A program made the position numbers and the translations under genes. DNA of 64,000 nucleotides from Anthoceros angustus (Eukaryota > Plantae > Anthocerotophyta): assembly GCA_010909165.1 (NCBI GenBank), contig MU008180.1:991884-1055883 (forward strand). Direction: 5' to 3'. Positions 10,155 to 21,732 of the stretch are shown one piece after another. The notes under the pieces were generated by a model, which was given only the letters and a program-made list of their open reading frames with translations, had not been told where the DNA came from and made no database searches. Within the stretch, counting starts at the first letter, position 1. Each line of letters begins with the position of its first letter.

Positions 10155-13100
10155 ATGGGAAGTATAGGGTCTGAACAAGCACGGGCAGGAGCGGACAGAG
10201 CGGACATGAGGCAAACTTGGAATGTGGTGGGACTGATTCTGTTCCTTGGCCATCCTGCTTCGCCTTGGGAGCTGGCGAAGCTGTGCAATGGGGATGCCAC
10301 AGCGGATGACATCTCAAAACTTTGCGCCTCGCCGGGCGCACCCATTCGGATTACTGCAGAGGGAAAGGTGGAACTGGTGAAGGAACAGGTGAAATCCAGA
10401 TGCGATTCATGCTGTCCATCCTCCAAACCAATGCTGCCCTCGCTCCTCTCAAAGAGAGGTTTGCTGGTTGCCAACAAGGAAAATGTGGCCAACCGGAGAA
10501 AGACGACAGAATCCCCTAGTGCGTTACCTTCCAGTTGTGGATGTAAGTTGGGACAGTTTATTTTAGGGTCTCTGATTCTGAGCGTGGAAACGTGTCTACC
10601 AGGAACTACCGAGCCTCTCCAACCTTCCATTCCTGCAACAGTCTGTGCGGTGTCTACTCCAAGTGAGGTAATGCGCAACTAATCGTTTTCCAAATTCAGA
10701 ATTTGCTTGTCTCCAAATGATATGTGGATTCTGTTGGCTAAAGTGCTGCAAATCCAAAATATGCAGATCAAAGCCGCAACCGACGAGAGCCATATATCTG
10801 CCGTCGCTCCATTTCCCATTTTTGCCAAATACGTCGTGGAGAGCGAAGGAAGCACTGGTACTAGCTTGCTCCCTTGATTAGGGTTTGTATTCTGAATGCA
10901 CTCGTTTCCCTCGCACCTAACGCACACTGACTTGTTTCATATGTAGAACAAATCAGCATGTTAAGTCTTTTCCCATCGAATATATGTAGTCAAGTTTTCA
11001 CACATTGTTAACATTCTGATTTGGCTCTTGTTGTACTTGAAGGTGGCTATGGAACAGTTTACAAAGCTACGCGCAAGACTGATGGAAAGATTTTTGCTAT
11101 CAAATGTAGGTACCCTTGTGAAAAAAAAATTGAAATCCCGTTCCATCCCTCTTCGTCCTTTGGATGTGTGCCTGGAGAGTTGGGAACAGTTTGCATCAAT
11201 AGGGCTGCTGCATGCAAGAACCTCTGTGCCTTCATGAGTTAGGTTAGTTGATGTAAAACTGCTTCTGCAGGTGCCTGTGTCCTAGTCATTGAACTGGCGT
11301 GCTCAGAATTGCAGGCATGCCTATGAGTAGTAAGTAGTTGATCATTCTATATGCGCCACACAATGATGCTCTGTGTCTTTCCGCAAGCACGGCTGAAGGC
11401 ACTGGTGTGTGCTGGTCATTTAACGTCATCCCCTTTGTTGCTGTAGGTCCCCTGGAGAAAACTGTGGACTGCTATGTGAAGAATGAAATCGACATGCTTC
11501 AAAAGTTCAAGTATGGCTACTCCTTCAACCGTTGTATCATGGTGTGAGATTTTTGTGTGTCCACTTTTAATTCAGGTTATCTTATTTGCCTCCATCTATC
11601 CTGGCTTGCGATGTAGAGGCCAGAAGTACATAGTGCAATGTGAGAGTGTTGTCCTTGATGATGAACGAAGAAAAGCCAACATCGTGATGGAATACTTTCC
11701 TCACGACAAGCCTGAGGTAGTTCCAGACGCAAGGACTTGGGATTCTGGGCTTCCGTTTGTGCTACAATGAGACCACCTGATCGTCGTGCTTTGTGGTCAC
11801 CAGGTCCTGAAGAAGGAGATAACGGTGTCACAGTTAAGGTCTTACGCGTTCTGCCTTTTCAATGCCATCAAGTGTTTACATGACAAGGTAACGACATGTC
11901 CATGGGCACTTGCCTCTATCTTCATAGTGGGGTGCATTAAGGGGGTCTATTAATCTCGTGATTTGGCAGAATGTGATGCATCGGGATATAAAACCAGCAA
12001 ATTTTCTCTTCTCAAGGGAGTCTGATGTGGGCTGCCTCATCGATTTCAACCTGGCGTTGGTACAAGAAACGTTTGCACCTCCAGCTTTGTGTATTCCGAC
12101 TAGTATGTGGTTTCACCCTCCAAGCATAGAACAGTGATTGCCCATCCCATTCCAGACGCATGTGCAGACAGTTGAAAAGCGGGATGTTGTGTGTGCAGGA
12201 CCACTGCAAGATGGGTATGCCGAGTAAGTAGTAGTGGCATCGTACATGGGTGCTGCAAATGGTCAGAATTGGTCCTGCATACTCATGTGTGGACGTTGAG
12301 ATGCAGGAAAACCACTACGCCTCTTGAGCAAGGCCGGCGCCAAGAAGAAACCTAGCATGTTACAATTCTCATTTTCTCAAGACAAAGCACCAAGGCCGAA
12401 CTTCGAGGAACCCCCCTGCAAGGTGCTGAGACTGTCGAAGCCGACGCCGGAGTGCGACGCAGCCTTCGATAACAGAGGCTGCGGCTTGGAGGGCGAAGGG
12501 CCTGCCCCCGATGCAGCTCAAGAGCAAGCTGGCACCAGCGCCACAGAGCAGCAGGCAGGGTGCTCAAATTCCCAGGCCGCGTCTCCTGAAAACCGCCATC
12601 CCAACCCGCAAGTGAAACTCCCGCCGTTGAAGCAGAGCAGAAAGCGGATGACCGAGGCTCGCCAGGCAACCAAGGCTGGGCCGTTCGCCGGCACCAAGGG
12701 TTACCGCGCCCCGGAGGTATGTGCCCTTACCCGTTTTACCTTTTACCCTTGCCAGTTGTTCCAGCCTTCCGTCCCGTCCTGTGTATGTTCCGTCCTGTTC
12801 CGTCCTGTATCCATGCTGTCTCCGTTTGGATATGTGCAGGTGCTGTTAAGATCAACCTATCAGTCCACCAAGGTGGACATGTGGTCAGCAGGCGTAACCC
12901 TGATGAACCTGATTGTGGGCCGGAACATCTTCCCGTCGAGCAACAGCGAGCAGTATGTCGATTTTACCTCATCCCTCACCCGACTGTTCGCCGGTTCCCC
13001 GTGACACCCAACGCCCACACCCGACCCGCCCTGACCCGATCTGTGGTTGGGATTTTGCAGGGCTCTGCGTGACATCGCCAAGCTCCGAGGCGTGCACGAG

Positions 13101-13457
13101 GTTGTTACCCTGGCCCGCGAGCACGGCAGGCCCATCTCCGAGGTAAGCGTGGGGGCGAACTGAACGCATGTGGTATCGATATCCCGCCGGCCCCGTCCGT
13201 TCATGAGTGCTTCTCTCAAGCGCAGCAACTGATCGCATCGTTTTGTGACGCAGGGGATTGCCGAGGTGAAACACAAAGGACTATCCCTGCAATCCCTGTG
13301 CATGCGGTTATCGAAGAAACCAGACAAGGTGAAGCGGGTGTGGCCTCCCACCGTCTTCCACCTCCTGGAGCAGTGCCTGCAGATAAACCCAGACAATCGG
13401 ATCGACGCCCAAGCAGCCCTACAACACGACTTCTTTACGGAGCCCAGAACATTGTGA
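10155..13457 (+). CDS. CDC7: Cell division control protein 7 (CDC7) kinase, multi-exon
   Basis: Exons encode EGGYGTVYKA..FAIKC, NEIDMLQKF, HRDIKPANFLFS..LIDFNLA, GPFAGTKGYRAPE, VLLRS..STKVDMWSAGVTL, LLEQCLQINPDNRIDAQAALQHDFF. DFNLA, GTxGxRAPE and a long insert are CDC7 hallmarks. The start (MGSIG at 10155) is approximate. Confidence 0.88.
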
Positions 13458-14911
13458 CACTTACATAAGCCCGTAGGCCCATGTACATGGAGGCAAGTAG
13501 GTGGGCGTGAGCCGGTAGTCAACCGATAGAACAAGAGTCGGGCAGGGTAGCGGGGTAGGGCAGGCAACAGGCACAGCAGGGTTGCGCAGCGGCGGAGTTT
13601 GTCTGATTGCTGTCTGCTGTGAGTGTGTGGCGTACTTGAATGTTCCATGGCCAGCGGTTGGCAGTGCCATCCAATTAGTAGGAGGCGCTAGGAGTAATGA
13701 GAGGCATCGCAATGCTGCCCTGTCCTGCCAGTAGCGCGTATGTGGCGACGCGGCAAGCGGCATGCGGCCATGGCCATCCCCTCGCGCGGCAGTGATGAGA
13801 TGGAGGAGGCGAGCGGAGAGTTGCAACCGCAACGAACCAGCAGCGGGCAGCTCTCTTCTGTTGGAATCGCGAAACGACAAGAGCGAGGCCAACGCCACAC
13901 ACGTCTCGTACATCCAGGGCATCATAGGCGGGACAGGACGGGGCCGGGGCAACCGCGGTTAAGGTATTGCGGCTGCGGCGAGCGAGTTTAACTCCAGGGT
14001 GCGGGCCGATATGGCACGTACTCGACCGATCTGTAGCTGCGTGTATGCAGTAAAAGCGGGCGTGTGAAATACGGTTGGTAAACGTGTGGGTGAAAGGGGG
14101 AGGCCTAATTATGTAATTAGTGGGGCCATAATGATGGGGCCCGCGCGCTTAGGATCGTATCTAGATACGCGTATGGGGCAGGGACGGGGGCAGGGCCAGG
14201 CCCAGGCCCAGGTCCAGGGCGACGCCTCTCCCGGGCCGCCCAGGCTCCCGTTTGAAAAACAACGGTAGGCCAAGTTAGTGGCCCTAATGGCTGCCTTTGA
14301 CCGCCTTCAAGCTGGCCCATGGCGTGTTTAACAGCCCCCCGCGCCATCGCCTCCGCTGTTACGCGTATAACAGCGGGGGCGGAGCGTCGAGCAAGATTTC
14401 TACAATGATGCGGGTTTTACTGCGCCGATTTACCGCCCCCGTTCTTGAAACACAACGCCCAACGCCCTCGTCCGCCCCGGACACAGTCGTTATCGTTAGC
14501 CGCCCGGGCCCGGGGGCCCTTCATCATGCGGCATACGGTCTTACCGGGTAAATCGGCATTGCCCCATGTCCCCAGCACGGGGCACGGGTTACGGATTACG
14601 GGGCCGCCACCGTCGGGCCTCGCCCCCCGTTCCGTCCCGTCCTGGCCTGCCCTGCTGCCCTGCCGACCTCCCGCCTTTTTCACGATGCCCGCAACAGCCT
14701 GCAGGCCAGCCAGCCAGCGCCTCCCTCGCCTTGCCGCTACCGCTGCCGCTGCCGCTGCCGCTGCCTTTGCCTCGCCAATTCCCCTGCTTGCGCCCGCGCG
14801 CGTGCCTCGTCTCTCGTGTGTGTGTGCCGGTGCGCTTGTGCGCCTTGTCTGTGAGAGATCTTGCGCCAAGCATGCTGTAGAGAGGATTGCGTGCATGAAT
14901 CGTGCGCGAAG

Positions 14912-15543
14912 ATGCTGACGGATCACTACCATGAACGGGAGCACCAGCGGCACCAGCAGCACCAGCAGCAGAGGTCGGGGTCCGCCTCCGCCTCTGGAAT
15001 GGATGGATTTGGCTTGTGTGGGGACTACGGGCTGGGATCCTCGCTCGGCCTGCCTCCCTTCTGCTCATATCAGATGCTTCCCAATCCCGCCTGCTCTGCC
15101 ATGTCTTGGATCGAGCAGTCGCAGTCCGAGATCGCGTCCGAGATCGCGCTGGCGCAGTGCGGATTGTGGACGCCCCCCCACCACATGATGCAGCTGCAAG
15201 AAGACGCCTCCGGATGCCTCATGCCGCTGCACAGGTCCGGCCTGCCGCATGCTCTGCCGCTGGACAACTGGAATTACGTCGGGATGGACCAGCACCTCGT
15301 CACCACGGCGGTGCTGCCGACCATGCTGCAGCATGAGCATGAGCATGAGCACGAGCATGAGCACGAGCACGAGCATGAGCAGGAGGACGGGGATGTGGAG
15401 CTGCTCGCTCAGCCTGCCGCGCACCATTTCCATCGCGCCGCCGCCGCTTCCTCCTCCAACCACTTTTTCCATGCTCAGCCCGACGCCACGCCGGACCAAG
15501 GTTGCTATGCTGTTCCGCTTTTTCTTGCAGAGATCGCAGAGCA

Positions 15544-15574
<31 letters not shown>

Positions 15575-16837
15575 GCGTTTTTTGCTTCCTCCGCCGACTG
15601 CGTGCGCGAGGCGCACTCCTCCGGCAGCGACAACCTCATGGCGGAATCCGCGTCCAATCTCTTCAACACCTGGAGCACGCATGGAGTGACGGTCGCGGGC
15701 ATGCAGAGCATGCACACAATTGCTACTGCTGCTGCGCCCGACTTCAACAGCCTGGAGCTGCCGGATGAGTCGTCCTCGGTTGCCAACGACGCCGACAATC
15801 TTGACTCCAGCGTGCACTCCAGAATGGCGCCGCATCTGGACCCGATCGATACCTTGTCTTGCGCTTCTTGGATGGTGCAATGCAAGGCATCCGACTCGGA
15901 GAGCAGTGGATCGATGCAGGAGCAAGTCCAAGCTGCAAACAATCCTGATTCTGGACTCTGGAGGAATGCGCATTCTCGGGGCCCGGGACTCCACACCTTG
16001 GACGCACTCATCTCCAACCCGGACGAGCTGGACATCCAGGAGCCTCATGCCTCAGCCTCCAAGCGGCAGAGAGTGGCGTGCTACACGCTGGAAAGCCTCT
16101 CCAAGGCTGTCAACCTGCATCTCAAAAAGGAGGCGCTCGTCAAGGGGAGTCCGACCACAACTCTCAAGTCGACAACGCGCCTGCGTGCGTCCATGCCAGC
16201 CACTGCGCCTGCTCAGCCTCTATACAAGGATGCCGGCGTCATCAGCAGGGATTTCAGGATTTTGTCTCAGCAAGCTCACAAGTCTCAGGACAATGTAGCA
16301 ACTCGGCATCACCCCGGGCCCCTTCAATCCAGCCTCCTGGATCACAGAGACTGCGTCACGGTGGTGGATTCCAAGACTTGCTACCGAAAGCTTCCAGTCA
16401 CCTCGGTCGAGCCTCAGAGCGTGGCAGCCCGGCAGCGGAGGAAGAAAATCACAGAACGGGTGAATGTCCTTGCGCAACTCATCCCTGGCGGTCACAAGAT
16501 GGATACAGCATCCATGTTCGACGAGGCCATCGAGTACGTCAAGTTTCTGCAGCTCCAGGTGAATATTCTTGAGTCCCTCGGCAACATTTCTGATCAGGCT
16601 CAGTCCCCAGCCGTCTCCTCCTCTTCCAACACCGGTTACGCCTTCGATTTGCCCAAGGACATGTCTGTACATCCTGCTGCTGCTGCTGCTTCCGGTTACG
16701 GAATGAAATCACTGACTGCCAGATCTCCCACACCTTCCCCTCTCGTCTTGTCTGAGGTTCTTCAGCAACAGCTCTTCAAACAGAAACTGTGCATTGTGTC
16801 ACTTCGCCAGTGTGCTCTTTCAGGTTCTTCATCTTAG
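14912..16837 (+). CDS. bHLH transcription factor, group VIII (HECATE/BONOBO-related), intronless
   Basis: C-terminal domain [53 protein letters not shown]; long low-complexity N-terminus. Confidence 0.9.
15331..15381 (+). repeat. (CAYGAG)n repeat encoding a His-Glu tract; a (CAG)n poly-Gln tract follows at about 15540-15572
   Basis: gcatgagcatgagcatgagcacgagcatgagcacgagcacgagcatgag gives [16 protein letters not shown] in the bHLH frame. Confidence 0.9.
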
Positions 16838-17570
16838 ACAAGAGGACAGGAATTCATCACTCTCTCGCACTGTTTTCACCAGTTTTGTAGCCGGCGGCAT
16901 CTGGTTACGGCTTGGATTCTTGTGTTGCCACACAAGGAGATCAAACCATTTCCGCAGGTTTATCGTAGCTTGTACAGTTTTCCAGCTTGTTGTTCGCAAG
17001 GGATTCGCGCAACAGCTGAACACATTTGTGTTGAGTTGTAATGAAATCCGGCATGTGCAATGTGCATCCCTTCTTCCTATTGAATAACGGAAGGACTAAC
17101 TCTCTCTTCTTCCTCTGGAGTCAGTTCGCTGACGTCTATTACCCTGCTGGCTGCGGGGCACTCCGTTCTGTCGTTCTGTCCGGTCTGCGTGGCTGTACCA
17201 TCTTGGTCGAAGCGTGTTCACCTGTCGAGGACCTACCGTATGCCTACGTAGAGCCCGCGAGGTAGAGATCTGCCACGTACTTCCCATATCTTTGTAGATC
17301 GCACTCAGTATGCAGTTATTCCAGGACCTTCTAGGCCGGGTGCTACTTCTACCTTGCCAGGTGCCGGGGGGAGTTTTCACTCACCGGTTACCTGCACTCA
17401 AGTGCCATCGTTAGCTAAATCCTATTTGCACACACTCTTCGCCAGAACTAGGGCAATGGTGACTGTCGGATGCAACTCGTCTCTGGACATCCAAGAGTCA
17501 TCCAGTTAGTTTGCCAGGCATGTAAGGGAGAAAACCAAAACAAAGGCAGGGAATTATTTTCTAGTTTTCC

Positions 17571-20500
17571 TTACAGATTCAGTTTTTGGTGCACTTGGTG
17601 CATCTCTACAGCCGCCTGAAATGCTAGGCACAAATCATGGGTGCTCTTCTCGCTCCAGGACTCCTGAAGCCATAACGCTGCCTGAACGAGGTGTGGCCAC
17701 TCACAATGGGTAAGGCAGGGGGCTGATGTTAGATACAGAAAGATGACAGTGTTCACGTTCATACGGCTTCGAGGGCTCGGATCATACGCACCTGAAATGC
17801 ATGTCCTAACAAAACCTCCAAAGTTTCTGCACCGAACGCCCTACGTACTAGTTTGGCTTGGGCCTTGTTAGCTAGACATTCCAGCGAGCCCAGGAGATCT
17901 GCCAGCCCATGGTTGACTTGAACTTGCTGAATACATACACAAACAATTGACTGCGTGAGCTCTTCCTCACTGGGAAAGATGTAACGCAAAATCCAGCAAG
18001 TTTCCCCGCAGAGACCTTCGGCCATTTCTTGGCTAATTGCCTTAAGATGAAGTCCATCTTGTGCCTGGAGTCTTGAATTGACTGCAGGACCATGAGTAGC
18101 ATGAGTAGCATGCCGGTATGAAGGTGAACTTCTCTGTACTACATCAACTCCAAAGAAACCTGCAAGAAGCTGTTGAGCATCTCTGCATCATCTGGAAAAT
18201 CGTCTACAATCTCCTTCAAGTTGGATCTGTTTGCAGGTACAAATCAAGCTCTCAATCAGCATCAGAATGGGAAGAAACTTAAACAGATGTGATTACATCT
18301 GAATGATCCCCGCTACAATTGCTACCTTTGAACGTCCTGTTCGCAATCCCCAAGCTTTGTAAACATAATTATCAACTTTCTAGCCAATTCACAAATATGC
18401 CTCACAGAGACGCAAGGCAGACTTGCAATTTTGCCGCCACTTTGCCTTCCACGTGCACAAATGATCCGTAGTAAATGTCCAACCAATTCTCTTGCAGCAT
18501 TCCTGCCAGAACCCTGACATAGACCCCAGAAGAAAATCTTGGTGCTTAAATATCAGCAGTAACGTGCAGGGCAAAATTTTATGGCAGTCCTAGAGCTGTA
18601 CCTTTAACAGCTTTCTAACATAAGAGCATTGAAGAACTTCGAGTTCATGATTAGCTGCACAAAACCAACGAAGGCCTTACTGAAGAGCTTGCCAGCAAGG
18701 CCACTCAGATCTACCAAAAGATGGCTAGTCAAGGGCAGAAACACTTGCGCTATGCAGAACAAACCTTCAAAATGAATGAGTCGGCAGTTGAAGTCCATCT
18801 CCAGAATATCCACAACATATTCGAATGTCAAGAACTCGCCAAGCTCTAGCTGCACAGGAATGAGCTTAGTCAGGACAAAGAGGCTGGCCCTGCCGGTACT
18901 CGATCCTCTCTACCAAATCCAGTAAGTCCACAAGCTCTGAACCTTGGTGAATCACATCTTACTTCATCCTCGATCAGGTTACTCCTGTCAATTTGGGCAG
19001 TTCTGTCCTTTTCTTTGGGGGAACTTATCCCAGCATATGCCTCCATACAATCTGCAATCCTTCTGAAGAATTCATGCCAGTTCTAAATTGAACCAACGAC
19101 ACAACAGTCAGAGGAACACATCCAAAAGCAGTACTCCACAGGCTTCATACATCAAATTGCTAGAATCTGCGACACCCTTAGCAGCACATTTGTTGAAGGA
19201 CGGTCATCAGGTGTTAGTACCAGGTGCTCGTCAGTCATGTGGTCAGAAAGCAGTACTGCTCTAGCTGCCTGGTGTGATGGATCCTCCTCAATGCCACTTG
19301 ATGTAAATTTTTTCTCCGAGAAGCAGTCATCCCCTTCAGAACTCTGAAATGGAGTCCACGCCTGGAATGCGCCAAGGATAAGCTGAACAACTAGGCTTGC
19401 AGAGGAAACTTGGCGAAGGTATCTGCTAGACAGAGATGCACCTTGACATTGAGCACAAGCTCTAACACTCCCGAGGATGATGTTTCCCTTGTTCTAATAC
19501 AAGGGAACGTCTGCGGCCATGCAATACCACAGTCAAAATCACACTGTCAAGAGAGCACAAAGTCAAAATTATGTCAACCGCAAACACATGGTCCGAAGGC
19601 TACGCAAGGTAATGCCTACGGTTGAGACGATGTGCAGTATCTTAACTACCTTTCTAAACTCATTGAGAAGCTTAAAGCTCTTCACTGCCAATTCGATAGA
19701 CCTACTTTCCTTCAAGCATTTAAACACAGCAGCTTGTATCCCCCTGGAAGATCCAAGTGCATTAGAGTGCCGGAAGCCAGACTCATCAGTGATTGCATCA
19801 TTCCACGTCAGTTCTGCTAGTGAAAACGTGAAAGGAACTGCGGAAAGCTATCTGACATTCTCGAATTCAACAAGGATGGTTCCAGGCGAGAGAGTTGAAA
19901 GGACTACCTTGTTGGAACTGCAGCACTAGCAGGCCCAATCGAATGACAGAAAACCTCTTCAAAGAACATGAGTGCTACATTAGGCACAGAAAGTCAAGGA
20001 AGAGCATTTCCCTCCATATACATGCATAGAAACTCTGCTCCTAACCTCTTGCACCTACAGTAAAACATAGGACAGAACAATGTGGTCGGACAGCGAACAA
20101 GGTGTGATTGGATACTGTCGTCGACTTTGTCCTCGATAGCACCTTCCCTCTTTACTGCAATAGTAGATGGGCCCGACCCACGGTCGAACCTTGTGGATGG
20201 TTGAGAATACGGTTGGGAGAAATCTACAAAGGCCAGCAGACTTTCCTCCACGTATCTGTCCATCGTGCTCCCATCGTTGTCGAGTACAACTGTGACTTTG
20301 AGGTAGTTCGGCTTCCCAACGGACTGCTAATAGTTTACAGAATTAGGAGCATATTTTGATATGATCCCAGCGTCTGAAAGTGGTGCAGTTATCTGCAGCT
20401 AACAGATCCAAACAAATGGTCATCGTACCGCATTCTGAGAGCTGGCTTCTAAACGCTGCTCCTCCGTTGGCTGCACCCAGGTGAAACATAGAACATACGT

Positions 20501-20772
20501 GATAGTGCATAGTATTCCAGGCTACAACAACAACAGGTTCTCAAAGTTTCACTGAATGCTTGTGCTACTGCAGAGACCGCATCAACCAACCTTGGCGAGA
20601 CCTGCGGCTGCTCTTCGGGTGAGGGGCTGCACGAAGAGAAAGAGGGGCACATTGAATCACCATCCAAGCTGATTGGGCAATTTCCTTTCTGCACTGCGGG
20701 TAGGAGAAGGCAACATACCCGGTGGGGGAGATGGGCTTCCACACCTTCTGGTGCCTTGCGCTTGGGAGGCAT
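17571..20772 (-). CDS. SNI1: SNI1-like protein (SMC5/6 complex, NSE6-type subunit), multi-exon
   Basis: Exon fragments are collinear with Arabidopsis SNI1 as I recall it: EESLLAFVD (EANTLAMID), IQAAVFKCLKESRSIELAVKSFKLL (YQAIFRILRFGKTLELITASFQLL), EIVDDFPDDAEMLNSFLQSIQDSRHKMDFILRQL (IILDELTYDGYLLSKFLQIFDDPKWKLEIVLQYL), AFGAETLEVLLGHAF (KIGPDIVQILIGHAF). The start codon is uncertain (20772 or 20263). Confidence 0.75.
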
Positions 20773-21732
20773 GGCGAATGTCGAAAGCGTAGTCCGATCA
20801 CATCCTGAATACTCTATTTCCTTTGATCAAATTCCAAAAGCCAACGATTTCAATTCTCGCGGGAGGTGGGCAGGCGGGATCGCAGGGGAAACACATACTA
20901 AGCGTAGTAGTAGTAATATATGAAATTAAAGATAATAAGCGTTACAGAACATAAAGAATAAATGATACGTTCACTGCCTTCCGGGTGCATCGCGGAGCGT
21001 GTTCACAAAGACATCGATTTGAACTACACCGGCTCTCGGGCAACCTAGGAAGAGAACCACGGACCCGCACCAAAGGACTAGAAAGGTCTGCAACTTACTG
21101 GGAGAGAGCTCCCTACTATACAAGTCGCAGGTCTCGACAGAAGTTGCTCAGATTGGTCACCCAGGGCCGCTTCAGTGGTAACAAACTTGAACCTGACCAT
21201 GGCACTAGGTAGCCCAGCTATACCTTCCGTAAGGAGGACGGCCTAGGGGAAGTAAGAAAGAGAGCCGGGAGCTGTCTGCAGCAAGCTGGTTCAACAACGT
21301 CCTAGACGTCGTGTGAGGTGTCTCAAATTCTTTGCAAGAAGACAACTTGCAGAAGAACAGAGCAAAAGTCTGCTAAATCAGACTAGATTACAAAGTCAAT
21401 TCTCCAAGGGCATGAAGCCAGAGTTGCGTCACTCCATCCAATAGCCCAGAACTGGCAAAACAACATCCCATGGCTCTCCACAGCTGGGTGCTCAATTTCC
21501 ACCACGCCGAGGACACGACAAACTTCCTGTGTGTGCATAAACAACAGTTGCAGGGAACCTCGTCGGGTTGCAAGACCAAGATTCCAGGAAACCCAAGCCA
21601 GGAGAGAGCACCTAGCTCAGCCTTCCAACAGGGGACAGACAGCCACCCATGTGACGATTGAGCTTCCATGCACAGGTTAGAAGCTACCCAGATGCTGTTT
21701 CACACTTTAAACTCCTGATCATGATGCCCATG

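Noticed and set aside
12324-12716. Long insert within the CDC7 kinase domain
   Set aside because: Kinase inserts are a known feature of the CDC7 family, so this is not novel.
15065-16048. 327-aa minus-strand ORF and other overlapping ORFs in the bHLH, PV42-like and GRAS genes
   Set aside because: Shadow ORFs of GC-rich coding sequence with low-complexity translations.
17255-17345. Minus-strand RYGKYVADLY resembling the staphylococcal-nuclease DRYGRxxAxxY motif
   Set aside because: Match is too short, flanked by stops, and lacks supporting motifs.
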